Shown: in pieces, positions 37,984 to 48,340 of the stretch | Numbering within the stretch: position 1 is the first letter of the stretch | How the letters are laid out: each line of letters begins with the position of its first letter | Source of the DNA: Pseudomonadota bacterium | Lineage (GTDB): Bacteria > Bdellovibrionota > Bdellovibrionia > Bdellovibrionales > SG-bin7 | Assembly: GCA_034439715.1 (NCBI GenBank) | Contig: JAWXAY010000070.1 | Location: forward strand, 15,581 to 79,580 | Length of the DNA stretch: 64,000 bases | Direction: 5' to 3' | Made by a program: the position numbers and the translations under genes | The notes under the pieces: generated by a model | What the model saw: only the letters and a program-made list of their open reading frames with translations | Databases searched by the model: none | Told to the model about the DNA's origin: nothing

Positions 37984-40707
37984 GTGCTAGAAATTAGAGA
38001 ATTAAACTCACCCTCTGACAAACAGCAACTCTTAACAGAGTTTCATCCCAACGATCAATGTTGGGTCGTCCCTGACCTAGTTTCTAAAAAAAATCTGCAG
38101 CAAATTTTCTTATCGAAGAATCGAGTTATCGAAGAAGATAGTTGTCTTCGCGCGAGCGATCTCTGGCAAAAGCTATTGAGTCGTTTAAGGCCTGATCTCA
38201 GAGTAGTACCACCATCATTAATAATGGGAATCATCAAAAGTCACTTGAGTGAGAGCCTCCATGCTTGGGCACGTACGCCTGGCGCCAGCGATGAATTGAC
38301 CCGCTACGTTCGCGATCTCATGCCTATCTTGAGTCACCCCGACGCCGAAGAAATTATGAGTGATTGGTTTGGCAAAAATCAGTCGGCCTTTGTTCGTTGG
38401 GGCCATTGGTTCAAAGAAAGCTATACTGTTTGGCGAGCTCTCAATAAAATGGGAATTGTAACCCGAGAGTGGATTAGCGGTATTCTAGTCAACGAAACTG
38501 GTTTTGAAAAGGTTTGGCAGAGGCAACTGGTTTTTGATTTGGGCGTTGAAATTATTTCGCCAGAAACAGAGTTGATTTCAGTTTTGTCCCGTTATTTGCC
38601 AGTGTCGGTGATAAAGCCTACTCCCGCATGGTCGAGTGAGTATCCCAGTCTGTTTGCCCCCTATTCTTTTCTGGCGACTCAGCGTTCAAAAAAAATAGAG
38701 CCTCTTAATTTGTCCGAAAAAAATCCTCCCAGCGAATTCACTTATCGCAAGTTTGCAAGTGGCTTGGGCGAAATCAAAGACGCCGTAGCGCAAGCGAGAC
38801 TCTGGCTTGACCAGGGTGTGCATCCGAGTAACGTAGCCATTTTGGCTCCTGAGGTGCGAGAAGTTTGGCCATGCTTAAAAGAGTTTTTAAGCATGGAGGG
38901 AATTCCTTTTCGCCCTCGAGAGACCGAACTTCTGGCTAATCATCCGCAAGTGGCGCACTGGCTTTCAGTACTGAAGCTGAAGGGCCGAGAACTTACTAGA
39001 GGCAACTTAGAGATGGACCTCTATCATTTGTCTAAAGATTCAAAAGCGCCATTACGCTATGAGGAATTTGAACGATTCTATACTAATATTTATTCATTTG
39101 CGGATCTGGGGCGCCATCCATTAGTTTCAGCTCGGTACAAAAATGTTTGGCAAGAAAAAAACATTGGTACTAAGTTTGATTTTATTAGCCTTGCAATAGC
39201 AGAGTGGAAGGCGCATTGGAATTCGGAACTTATTGAAGGATTTATTTATGGATTTTTTGATCAAACTCCTGATGACCTGAAGCTCTCACTTAATATTTGG
39301 CTTGATTACTTAACTGCCGAGTTGAGGCGAGCAGACATTACGCTTCGGCCTGAAAGTATGGGTGGCGTTCAAATCGAAAATCTGGTGTCATCGGCTAATA
39401 TCGAAGCAACGCACGTATATATTTTGGGACTAAAGGATTCTAGTTTTCGGGGAACTCGTAAGACCAGTATATTAGAATCCGACATTAAGTCCCTCAGTGA
39501 ATTTACGGGCTTCAACCTGTCTAGTTTAGATCGCTCCAACTTGGAGTTTTATTTAAAGTGGTTTCTACTTAAGCCAATAAAAGATTGCATCTTGAGTTTT
39601 GCGGCAAATGATTTAAGCGGCAAAGTAGAAGCGCCGTCACTCGTATGGCTACAAAAAGCTTTAGAGATCAAAAAAAATATCAAAGAAACTGATGCCCACG
39701 GCTTGACTCGCTGGGATGAAATTCAGGCTCAGTCGCCAGAAAATATAAACATAAATAAAGATTTAGGCTTGGAACCTTTCGCACCATTACATGTGGATTT
39801 TGAGTTGGGACTTTCGGCGACCGGTATCAGAAACTACAAGCGTTGCCCGTTTGTTTATCTGACTCAAAATGTTTTGCGTTTGGCCGACCGTAAACCTTTT
39901 GATTTAGATTTGGACTCAATGGAAATGGGAAAGCTACTTCATAGAGTTTTAGAAACTGTGGTGACTCATCCGTTTACTGAAAATTACACTTCAGAGGAAC
40001 TTGATCAGATCATCGCGAATTCGGTTGCTGATGTGGGAGTTGTTTTTTTGGATCCTAAGCTTGGCCAATATTTTCAAGCTGAATTAAAAAAAACCACCAT
40101 CGGTTTTTTGAAAAAAGAATATGCGCTTCGGCAGAAATTTCCGGAATTAAGCACGCTTGCTAAAGAAGTTCAGTTTAAAGCCTATATCGATTCTGAATCT
40201 GGCGATTTTAGTATTGTTCCTAAACTCCAATCCCGAGGGGCCTCCTTTAAATGTGAGGGTTTTGTTGATCGAATAGACGAAAACAAATGTAGAGAGGTTT
40301 CAATTATTGATTACAAAAGTAGTGGTTATAATTTGAAAACACTAGGGTCCTGGATTAAGGATTCTGAGCTGCAGTTGCCTATTTATGCTATGGCCGTAGA
40401 ACAAGGCCTAACCGAGTTGGGACCACGAGAGGTAATTTCGGCACATTACTGTGTTGTTAAAGACGATGATCGCAACATTGGCTTTAAGATTATTGAAAAA
40501 TCGGGCACGCTTTATGACTGTGAAGATAAAAAAAGAAACAAACTTGAGTTGAGTAAAAAGAAAGACTTATTTGTTGAGACAAAAAAACAGCTGAAGCATT
40601 ACGCTAATGAAATGGGTTCAGGTCACTTTGCGCCCCTGCCCGAAGATGAAAAAAAATGTAATGAATGTCGTTGGAGGTTGGTATGCCGAGCACCGCACCT
40701 CCTCTAA
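37984..40707 (+). CDS. addB: AddB-like subunit: degenerate helicase fold plus RecB-family nuclease with Fe-S staple
   Basis: SATGIRNYKRCPF, GFVDRID, IIDYKS, QLPIY, CNECRWRLVC; directly upstream of an addA-like gene. Confidence 0.85.
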   Translation: MLEIRELNSPSDKQQLLTEFHPNDQCWVVPDLVSKKNLQQIFLSKNRVIEEDSCLRASDLWQKLLSRLRPDLRVVPPSLIMGIIKSHLSESLHAWARTPGASDELTRYVRDLMPILSHPDAEEIMSDWFGKNQSAFVRWGHWFKESYTVWRALNKMGIVTREWISGILVNETGFEKVWQRQLVFDLGVEIISPETELISVLSRYLPVSVIKPTPAWSSEYPSLFAPYSFLATQRSKKIEPLNLSEKNPPSEFTYRKFASGLGEIKDAVAQARLWLDQGVHPSNVAILAPEVREVWPCLKEFLSMEGIPFRPRETELLANHPQVAHWLSVLKLKGRELTRGNLEMDLYHLSKDSKAPLRYEEFERFYTNIYSFADLGRHPLVSARYKNVWQEKNIGTKFDFISLAIAEWKAHWNSELIEGFIYGFFDQTPDDLKLSLNIWLDYLTAELRRADITLRPESMGGVQIENLVSSANIEATHVYILGLKDSSFRGTRKTSILESDIKSLSEFTGFNLSSLDRSNLEFYLKWFLLKPIKDCILSFAANDLSGKVEAPSLVWLQKALEIKKNIKETDAHGLTRWDEIQAQSPENININKDLGLEPFAPLHVDFELGLSATGIRNYKRCPFVYLTQNVLRLADRKPFDLDLDSMEMGKLLHRVLETVVTHPFTENYTSEELDQIIANSVADVGVVFLDPKLGQYFQAELKKTTIGFLKKEYALRQKFPELSTLAKEVQFKAYIDSESGDFSIVPKLQSRGASFKCEGFVDRIDENKCREVSIIDYKSSGYNLKTLGSWIKDSELQLPIYAMAVEQGLTELGPREVISAHYCVVKDDDRNIGFKIIEKSGTLYDCEDKKRNKLELSKKKDLFVETKKQLKHYANEMGSGHFAPLPEDEKKCNECRWRLVCRAPHLL

Positions 40708-43700
40708 AAAAACAAGTACTAAACACGATTGTAAGAGCTGGGGCGGGCGCTGGCAAGACGACAGAACTGGTGCGCCGAGCCTTTGAGTTTGCCACAAAAT
40801 TCAAGAGCGAAAATGGGGTGTTCCCAAGACTAGTGATTTGTACCTATACTCGCAAGGCCACTCAAGAACTTCGAGAACGGATGATGGCAAAGGCCTGTGA
40901 AATCGGCGACTGGGCACTTCTTAAGTACTTTAGTTCATCCCAGGTTCATATTTCTACAATTCACGGTATTTTATCACTTTTTTTGGGCCGATACGGATTT
41001 CGCATCGGGCTTGATCCTAGATATAAGATAATTGACGACAGCAGGGCATTTCAAGTTGCCAAAGACTTAGTGAGGAATATCTACTCCAAAGATACTTTCT
41101 CTGAAGAAGAAAAAAGTTTGCTACTGAAAAATTTGGGTGTCAATAAAATGGCAGAAATCAGTCTTCGGTATTACGAAGCTGTCTTGTCCTCACCCGAATT
41201 TAAGCCACACGATGCAAACTCCTTAAGACAAACGCTTAAGGAGTTCGAAGCCCAACTGCTTGCTGATCTTGAGAGATTGAAATCAGAGTGGCAGGAACTC
41301 TCAGTTCCCACTGAAAACCGGGTGACCGTAAACGGAGTTTTAGAAAGTATTATGGCGCTTAACGCGGTTGTGCAAAACCAAGGTTTGCTTGAGGGACGAG
41401 AATTCTTGTTAGAAGTTTTAAACAATAGTCCACGTTTGAGTTTTGGCAAAAATAAAGAATTATTTTTAGAAGTTATAGAGAGCATTAAAGACTTTAAAGA
41501 GGGTTTAAAAAAGTTACTTGAAAAGCCAGCTTTTGATAAATCTCAGATTGAAAGTTCCGCACAGATATTTTCACTTTGTGAAATCTTTTTTAAAGAATTC
41601 GTAGCTAGTTATAAAGAAAAAAAGATATCGCTGGGCCAAATTCAAATCAACGATCTGGAGCTTTTTTCTTTGGAATGTATTAGATCCCATCCTGAAACCG
41701 CGCAGTTATTTTCGACTGAGTGGGATTACTGGTTGATCGATGAATATCAAGATACCAGCCCAATTCAAGTGGAACTTTTGAATCATCTCGTTGGCAAAAA
41801 TCCGCACTTTGTGGTGGGCGATCCTCAGCAGAGTATTTATTTGTTTCGCGGTGCTCGGGCAGAGGTTTTTGCAGCCAAAGAAAAATCGATAGAGGCCAAC
41901 GGTGGAGAAAGGCTTGTATTATCAAAAAACTATCGCTCGCAGAAAAATCTTGTGCATTTTTTCAACAAGCTTTTCCACAAAGGGGACGCGGCTTTTACTA
42001 AGTTAGAACCTATGCGTGAGGGTGTTTTAGGATCAGAGCCAGACGTGAGTGTGAGTCTTCCCTCCAAGGGCCAGGAGTATTTGGCCCTAACCCATCACGT
42101 AAAAATACTTTTGAGTAGGGGTGTGCCGCCAGAGGAAATTTGTATTTTAGCGCGTGACAACAAGACTCTAAAGCTGGCTGCCAAAAATCTTTCGCGCGCC
42201 AATGTGCCGAGCCTACTTCACTCGGCATCGGGATTTTATGAGAGACGCGAGATCTTAGACGCTTTGGCGTTTCTAAAATTTATTTTGAATCCTTATGACG
42301 ATGTAAATCTTGTTCAGCTCTTAAGATCTCCTTGGTTCTATCTCGACGACAATATCATTGTTAGTGTGCTCAGACCTAAAGGGTCGGACAAAAAAGGAAC
42401 CAAAGACGCGAACTCGGCCTGGGAAAAACTGGTTCAGGCGCCAGTAAGCCGAGAAGAATCCCCCATTTTGAAACTTGGTGAAATTTTGACTCGTCGAGAC
42501 ACCCTTGCCCTTTCATCATTATTTCGCAGATGTTTGTTAGACTTAGGTTTTTTTGATTTTGCTCAAAAACAAGATATCACAGGACGAAGAGAGGCCAACC
42601 TTTGGAAATTTATTTTAAATCTCGAACGCGAGTCACGAGAGCCGGGTTTTAATTTTATTGATTTTGTCACTCAATCAGAGCGCGAGATTGATTTAGAGAG
42701 CGCTATGGAACAGGATGCCGTTAGCGCACGCGAAGTCACGCGAGTTAATTTAATGACGGTCCATCAATCCAAAGGCCTGGAGTTTTCTCATGTAATATTA
42801 CTCGATATTCATCGCGAGCCGAATTTAACAAAGTGGCTGCCGATGAGTTTTGATGAGGACTTAAAACGATTTAGTCTGTCGCTAATAAATGCCGAGACTA
42901 ATGAAAGAGATTCTTCTTTAGGCTGCTTGCGCTGGGTAAAGAGACTTGCTGTACGCGAGAAGGAAGAGTTCAGACGATTACTTTATGTGGCTCTTACGAG
43001 GGCGGAAAAAAATCTGATCCTCATTGGACATCCAGTATTTGAAAAAGAATCATGGGGAAGTCAGATCCCGTGGGATCTGACGGTTGGTGAGCATGAGATG
43101 CAAGGGTTTAAGTACCGTGTAGAAAACGGCCCATGGGCTAATGAACAACTGGCAGCTAGTATAGATATTCCGGTAAAAGTACGGGAGAAATATAACACGG
43201 AAGACAAACTGATAAACTCCGTGGTTTCGGTAAGTGAAATTGTGAAAAAAGATTTTAAGGCCAATAGTAGTCTGGATTTGTCCCGAAATTATATTTTGAA
43301 TCGGGCGGTAAGTATTAGCACGGGAATTCAGGTTCATAGAATGTTGGAGCTGTTACGCTACTCTCCAGAGGGAATAAATAAAATCGTTATTCAAAAAATG
43401 TTTCCCAAGAGGGCCGAGGATATTATTTCATGTCTTGATTATATAAAAAAATTAGATACCCCGCCCATGATGAAGATATTAGAAACTGGTTTTGCTGAGT
43501 GGGGCTACCTCTTTAGGGACGGCGACAAGGTGATTGAAGGGCAAATTGATTTGTGGGGTGAAGTAGGTGCCGAGGTTTGGATCATAGATTATAAAACCGG
43601 AAGTTCCGAGTATAAAGAAACCGCGAAGCACCAACTACAAGAGTACGCGCGCGCTCTTAGGGCTTATGGCGTCACCAAATCGATTCGTTTGGCGGCGGTT

Positions 43701-43739
43701 TATCCTATGACCAAGGAATTCGAAGTTTGGGAAGGGTAA
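40683..43739 (+). CDS. addA: AddA-like UvrD helicase-nuclease
   Basis: AGAGAGKT, IDEYQDTS, VGDPQQSIYLFRGA, NYRS, MTVHQSKGLEF, LYVALTRAE, GQIDL..IIDYKTG; GGAGG precedes ATG 40683. Confidence 0.9.
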   Translation: MPSTAPPLKKQVLNTIVRAGAGAGKTTELVRRAFEFATKFKSENGVFPRLVICTYTRKATQELRERMMAKACEIGDWALLKYFSSSQVHISTIHGILSLFLGRYGFRIGLDPRYKIIDDSRAFQVAKDLVRNIYSKDTFSEEEKSLLLKNLGVNKMAEISLRYYEAVLSSPEFKPHDANSLRQTLKEFEAQLLADLERLKSEWQELSVPTENRVTVNGVLESIMALNAVVQNQGLLEGREFLLEVLNNSPRLSFGKNKELFLEVIESIKDFKEGLKKLLEKPAFDKSQIESSAQIFSLCEIFFKEFVASYKEKKISLGQIQINDLELFSLECIRSHPETAQLFSTEWDYWLIDEYQDTSPIQVELLNHLVGKNPHFVVGDPQQSIYLFRGARAEVFAAKEKSIEANGGERLVLSKNYRSQKNLVHFFNKLFHKGDAAFTKLEPMREGVLGSEPDVSVSLPSKGQEYLALTHHVKILLSRGVPPEEICILARDNKTLKLAAKNLSRANVPSLLHSASGFYERREILDALAFLKFILNPYDDVNLVQLLRSPWFYLDDNIIVSVLRPKGSDKKGTKDANSAWEKLVQAPVSREESPILKLGEILTRRDTLALSSLFRRCLLDLGFFDFAQKQDITGRREANLWKFILNLERESREPGFNFIDFVTQSEREIDLESAMEQDAVSAREVTRVNLMTVHQSKGLEFSHVILLDIHREPNLTKWLPMSFDEDLKRFSLSLINAETNERDSSLGCLRWVKRLAVREKEEFRRLLYVALTRAEKNLILIGHPVFEKESWGSQIPWDLTVGEHEMQGFKYRVENGPWANEQLAASIDIPVKVREKYNTEDKLINSVVSVSEIVKKDFKANSSLDLSRNYILNRAVSISTGIQVHRMLELLRYSPEGINKIVIQKMFPKRAEDIISCLDYIKKLDTPPMMKILETGFAEWGYLFRDGDKVIEGQIDLWGEVGAEVWIIDYKTGSSEYKETAKHQLQEYARALRAYGVTKSIRLAAVYPMTKEFEVWEG

Positions 43740-43748
43740 GGAAGAAAT

Positions 43749-44360
43749 TCACTCCATTTTATTAAATGCCATTTCGGCAGTACCCAGTGGGCCGGAGAGT
43801 GTAATTTTACTCGGTGCTGATTGCACGACCGAAACAGGAACACGAAATTTAATTGTGTAAGGCGTGCTCCAGCGATTGTGGTAGGGGTAAAGCCGCATTA
43901 GTTCAGTGGGATGCTCTGTATTTTTGATAACGGCTCCTTCGTATCGGCGGCCCCCGGCTTCTAAATAGACTGTCCAGATTGATCCTTTTTTTGCGAGATT
44001 ATTATCTTTATTGGCAGGAGTAAAAAAACTCAAGAATACATAAGTGTCATAGCTCAGCTCTTGTAAGGTTTTTTCTAACTCGCTGTTGAGTTTATCAGAC
44101 GACCAGCTTGAGTACTGCGCTTGAAATCTCACGCGGGCCTCGGACATCTCTGTATTGAGTAGGGTTGCATTAAATTCGTAGGCATTATAGAACCCGCTAT
44201 AGTAGACGTCTTTTACGGACCATTTTTCTACAATTTTAGTGTATTTCGCGGGGTCAAATTCATGGCGAAATGTTTTTTCGTCTTCAGCAATTTTGGGTTC
44301 GGATGAACAAGCCGAGAGAATTACTGAAAAAAGCATCAGCATTAGTAAGATTTTTTTCAT
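43749..44360 (-). CDS. Lipoprotein of unknown function
   Basis: Lipobox LSA-C; ATGA overlap with the upstream hydrolase gene. Confidence 0.75.
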   Translation of the reverse strand: MKKILLMLMLFSVILSACSSEPKIAEDEKTFRHEFDPAKYTKIVEKWSVKDVYYSGFYNAYEFNATLLNTEMSEARVRFQAQYSSWSSDKLNSELEKTLQELSYDTYVFLSFFTPANKDNNLAKKGSIWTVYLEAGGRRYEGAVIKNTEHPTELMRLYPYHNRWSTPYTIKFRVPVSVVQSAPSKITLSGPLGTAEMAFNKME

Positions 44361-45202
44361 ATTTTCTCCAAGAAGCCAGACAAAAAGTGATTGAGATCAG
44401 AATACACCAAAGGCCTCCCCACTTCGTTAAAAATTTCGTGATAGTAATCTTTGTAGAGCTTAAGGTCCTTGCGTTGAGATCCTACGCGTTCAAAAAATCG
44501 CTCAGAGGCTTTCACGCTGGTAATTAAATCCTCCCCAGCCAGTTGTGTAAGCAGCGGCATTTGAATTTTGGAGGCGTGGAGCATAGCGTAGTCCATTGTT
44601 TCGATCATGCTCAGATAAAGTGAAATTGAGATTCGGTCATGGCGAAGTGGATCGGAGGCATAGGAGCGATAGATCTGTTCGTCGTGAGTTAGATGCTCAT
44701 AAATAATTTCATTATTTAAAGTAAGACTAGGGATAAATCGGTGGATCAGTTTTGCGGCCATATCTTTAAACTGAGGTACAGCTAAGGCAATTCCAAGGAG
44801 AGGAGAGCTAAGAGAAAGGGCGCGAGTTCCCATATCACCAAAATCAATGACGGCTTGAATAGAAATTAAACCACCAGTAGAGTGTCCCAAAAGAAAGAGC
44901 GGTTCATGAACTTTGACCTTGGTTTTTAAATGATTAACAAGTTCATTGAGATCTTTCGAAAACTCACCAAAATGTTTGACATAGCCGCGCTTTCCTTCCG
45001 AGCGGCCATGTCCGCGCAAATCCCAGCCGATTAAGCTCCAGTTGAAAGGGGCTAGACCTTCAGCCAATCGATTGTAGCACTCAGAGTGTTCTGCCAGGCC
45101 ATGGGTTACTAAAATCGTGCCCTTGGGTGAATCGACATCCCATGTTTGAAAGAAGAGTTCGGTTCCATCATAGCCGCGAAAGGTGCCTTCTGTACGATTC
45201 AT
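44357..45202 (-). CDS. Alpha/beta hydrolase, lysophospholipase/monoglyceride lipase family
   Basis: HGLAEHS, DLRGHGRSEG, GHSTGG, YHEIFNE. Confidence 0.92.
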   Translation of the reverse strand: MNRTEGTFRGYDGTELFFQTWDVDSPKGTILVTHGLAEHSECYNRLAEGLAPFNWSLIGWDLRGHGRSEGKRGYVKHFGEFSKDLNELVNHLKTKVKVHEPLFLLGHSTGGLISIQAVIDFGDMGTRALSLSSPLLGIALAVPQFKDMAAKLIHRFIPSLTLNNEIIYEHLTHDEQIYRSYASDPLRHDRISISLYLSMIETMDYAMLHASKIQMPLLTQLAGEDLITSVKASERFFERVGSQRKDLKLYKDYYHEIFNEVGRPLVYSDLNHFLSGFLEKI

Positions 45203-45283
45203 GCAATTTAATTCTTAGCCTAAAAGGTAGGAGGGTCAAGACTCATTGTCCTTTTCAAAATTTTGAATTAGTATAGAAAAAAC

Positions 45284-45853
45284 ATGAAGAAAACAACCTT
45301 GACCTTAGTCAGTCTCATCCTCGCCTCAGTCTTTGCAGCGCCGCGGGTTTATGCCCAAAACGAAAACCGAAAAGACAATGCTGAGATTGGGCAAAATGTT
45401 GGCTCGGAGTGGGGATTTCATTTGGGTAGTTTTTTGCCCAATCAGATTGATGGCATCACCGAAATTTTACCCATGTGGGGATTGCGCTATGGTTTTAAAA
45501 CAAAGCGAGGATTTATTGAGGCTGGTGCTGATTTTTCAAAGGCAATGGGGACTCGGTTCTCATCACTTTCTCTCGGTGTTCGCGGCGATATCCCTGTTCA
45601 ATCATTAGTGGGTCACGTCTCTTTGGGGTTGGATATCCATCAAGTAATACCGCCAGATACTGAGCACACTACATATTTAGGTGGTGGGCATGTTGGTGGC
45701 GGAATTATGGCGCTGGTTGGTGGCGACGTGTGGTTTCGCACAGATATGAAATTTAACTTTAACCCCGGCACCAGCCTTTACATTGGCTTCGGCTTTATTT
45801 TCAGGTTTCCGGAAGGCACCGACGCCGACGGTGGTGGGCGTCCACCAGAGTGA
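45284..45853 (+). CDS. Small outer-membrane beta-barrel protein
   Basis: Signal peptide; Gly/aromatic alternating strands (WGLRYG, LYIGFGFIFRF). Confidence 0.65.
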   Translation: MKKTTLTLVSLILASVFAAPRVYAQNENRKDNAEIGQNVGSEWGFHLGSFLPNQIDGITEILPMWGLRYGFKTKRGFIEAGADFSKAMGTRFSSLSLGVRGDIPVQSLVGHVSLGLDIHQVIPPDTEHTTYLGGGHVGGGIMALVGGDVWFRTDMKFNFNPGTSLYIGFGFIFRFPEGTDADGGGRPPE

Positions 45854-45886
45854 ATTCGCGATTAGGGGCTGGCACTTTACGAGAAA

Positions 45887-47419
45887 TCACAAAATATAAT
45901 GAATGCCGACGGACTCTCTTCGAGCGAGAGCCGCGCGAACCATGAGCACAGCCACAAGCGCCAGATTCCTCAATTCTAAAATATCTTTATGAAGTGGGTA
46001 GTTCCAATAGTAATGATTTACTTCTTGTGAAATATCTTCGAGACGTTTTTCAGCACGAATCAAACGTTGCGTAGTGCGCACTATTCCCATGTAATTCCAC
46101 ATCAAAGTTCTGATTTCTTGCCAGAGGTGACGAATAACTATCATCTCGGTGCGATCCGGTGAGGGCGGAATCTCCCAATTTTTCGCCACAAGTGGCGAAA
46201 TCTCAAACTCCGACCAATGTTCCTTAAGATATCCCGAGGTGTTGTGTGCAGTCGCGAGACACTCTAATAAAGAATTCGAAGCCAAGCGATTAGCGCCATG
46301 TAGTCCGTTACAACCCGTTTCCCCAATTGAAAAAAGACTTTTGATCTCAGTTGCTCCTGTAATATCCGTAACTACGCCGCCACATAGATAGTGAGCAGCT
46401 GGGACTACGGGGATAGGTTGAGTGGTTATGTCGATCCCATAATTCAAACACTGTTTGTAAATAAACGGAAATCGCTCTTTAATGAACTTAGGATCCTTAT
46501 GAGAAATATCTAAATACACGCAAGGGTGCCCCGATTTTTTAATTTCTGCATCCATCGAACGAGCCACAATGTCTCGGGGCGCCAAGTTGCCCATCGGGTG
46601 CGCGTTCAGCATAAATTCTTCACGGCTAAAATTCACTAGTTTAGCGCCTTCACCACGTAGAGTTTCTGATAACAAAAAATTTCTGGCTTCGGGATGAAAA
46701 AGGCAAGTAGGATGAAATTGCATGAATTCCAGATTGGTTACTCTGGCCCCGGCTCGGTAAGCCATGGCGATACCATCGCCCGTGGCTCCACTCCAATTGG
46801 ATGTATAAAGGTAAACTTTGCCCGCGCCGCCCGTGGCAAGGACAGTCACCTTGGCCTTGATAGCTATTACTCGTTGATTCTCCATATCGTAAACGTAACT
46901 ACCGATACAAGTATTGGGTAAAATTGATAAGGGATTTAATTTTCTTGAAGTTAATAAATCTATGGCCATATGATTTTGCAAAACCTGAATGCGAGAATTT
47001 TCTTGAGTCTTTTTTAACAGTGCGGCGTGGACGGTACTTCCTGTTTGGTCTTTAATATGTAGAATGCGGTTTTCTTGATGTCCACCCTCACGGCCCAAAT
47101 CAAAATCAAATGTCACACCCCAATTTACCAAATCACGAATGCGAGCAGGTGCCTGGCGTACAATATTCTCAACTGTCTCGCGTCGACACAATCCTGCACC
47201 GGCGTCTAAAGTATCTTGTACATGCTTTTCAAAGGAATCAGTTTCAGTTATGACTGCGGCGATTCCGCCTTGAGCTAGGGCAGAACTCGAAAGGGTAGCC
47301 TCATCTTTAGAGAGTAAGATTACATTAAATTGGTCAGCCATTTTTAAGGAGAGAGTGAGACCGGCAGCCCCCGAGCCAATAATTAAAATGTCAGTTGAGA
47401 TTGATTCCACTAGGTGCAC
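45887..47419 (-). CDS. nadB: L-aspartate oxidase
   Basis: IIGSGAAGL, AQGGIAA, EFMQFHPT, SETLRGEG, LAPRDIVAR, PAAHYLCGG, GLHGANRLASNSLLE. Confidence 0.95.
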   Translation of the reverse strand: MHLVESISTDILIIGSGAAGLTLSLKMADQFNVILLSKDEATLSSSALAQGGIAAVITETDSFEKHVQDTLDAGAGLCRRETVENIVRQAPARIRDLVNWGVTFDFDLGREGGHQENRILHIKDQTGSTVHAALLKKTQENSRIQVLQNHMAIDLLTSRKLNPLSILPNTCIGSYVYDMENQRVIAIKAKVTVLATGGAGKVYLYTSNWSGATGDGIAMAYRAGARVTNLEFMQFHPTCLFHPEARNFLLSETLRGEGAKLVNFSREEFMLNAHPMGNLAPRDIVARSMDAEIKKSGHPCVYLDISHKDPKFIKERFPFIYKQCLNYGIDITTQPIPVVPAAHYLCGGVVTDITGATEIKSLFSIGETGCNGLHGANRLASNSLLECLATAHNTSGYLKEHWSEFEISPLVAKNWEIPPSPDRTEMIVIRHLWQEIRTLMWNYMGIVRTTQRLIRAEKRLEDISQEVNHYYWNYPLHKDILELRNLALVAVLMVRAALARRESVGIHYIL

Positions 47420-48195
47420 GGCTGTTCAAAGACTAATAGGCGTTTTTCTCGAGTGGAGAGATCCTCATACTCATAGCAGCGTGTGAAGTCCGACCGAAGC
47501 TCGCTGTCACTCTCAAAAGGGGGACACTCAATATATTTTTCAGGATTAAATGTGTCATTATATTTTTTTTCTTCTATTTTAAAGTGGCCATTAGTTTTAA
47601 TCGCCATTTGAAGTGTTGCCGACCCTCCTTCAGATGCAATGGGATAATCAATAAGAATACTTTCGCCAGCGACCGCCAGCGGAACTTCGTCAATGGGCAG
47701 CAGCCAGCTGCGAGCGATTTTTTGCTCTCTAACTTCAAGGGCCTTGCCAAGGGCAAAGGGTTTACCGCCTGGATCTGACAATGTCCCGGCAAAGACGGTT
47801 TTAATTTTGCCGCAAGGGTGGGGACCCAATTTATAATCGGTCACGGAATCTTCGCCTTCGCCCCAGATAATAATGGGCACGCCAAAATTTGCGCGGTAGC
47901 CATCTACTTGCGAAGCTATGGGTTTTTTCCAATCAACCTCTGATTTTAAAAAAGTCTCCCACTTCTTCGCTTGTTCCCCAAAATTTCCACCCATATAATC
48001 ATTTTCGTGTTGGGTTTCTGTACTTTCTGCCGGAATGCTGCCTTCTATTGGGGCGCTCTTTATTTCAATATCAGAGACTGTTTTGTTAGAATTATTTTTA
48101 AGCTTACTTATCAATACTGGCAACGACGCCAAGACTAAGAAGCCAATGAACAGAGTGAGAAGAAACTTACGGTTTATGCGCATCATACGGACCAA
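47410..48195 (-). CDS. Membrane-anchored hypothetical protein
   Basis: Long ORF with N-terminal hydrophobic helix and four Cys; overlaps the nadB start. Confidence 0.6.
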   Translation of the reverse strand: MVRMMRINRKFLLTLFIGFLVLASLPVLISKLKNNSNKTVSDIEIKSAPIEGSIPAESTETQHENDYMGGNFGEQAKKWETFLKSEVDWKKPIASQVDGYRANFGVPIIIWGEGEDSVTDYKLGPHPCGKIKTVFAGTLSDPGGKPFALGKALEVREQKIARSWLLPIDEVPLAVAGESILIDYPIASEGGSATLQMAIKTNGHFKIEEKKYNDTFNPEKYIECPPFESDSELRSDFTRCYEYEDLSTREKRLLVFEQPCT

Positions 48196-48340
48196 AGGCT
48201 AAAGCATTTCGCTTAAATTGGGAGTTTTTTTAGAGGTTAACTCGCATTGTCATGGACTGAGGACTTGATTATATAGAGACCCCCTACCTACAATTAACTG
48301 AGAGTGAAGACTAAGGAAGTCATACATTTTGAGGGCAAGG

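Noticed and set aside
45877..45910. Possible frameshift at the end of nadB (HYIL-stop, with DFS-stop in the neighbouring frame)
   Set aside because: Would change only about three terminal residues; all catalytic motifs are present
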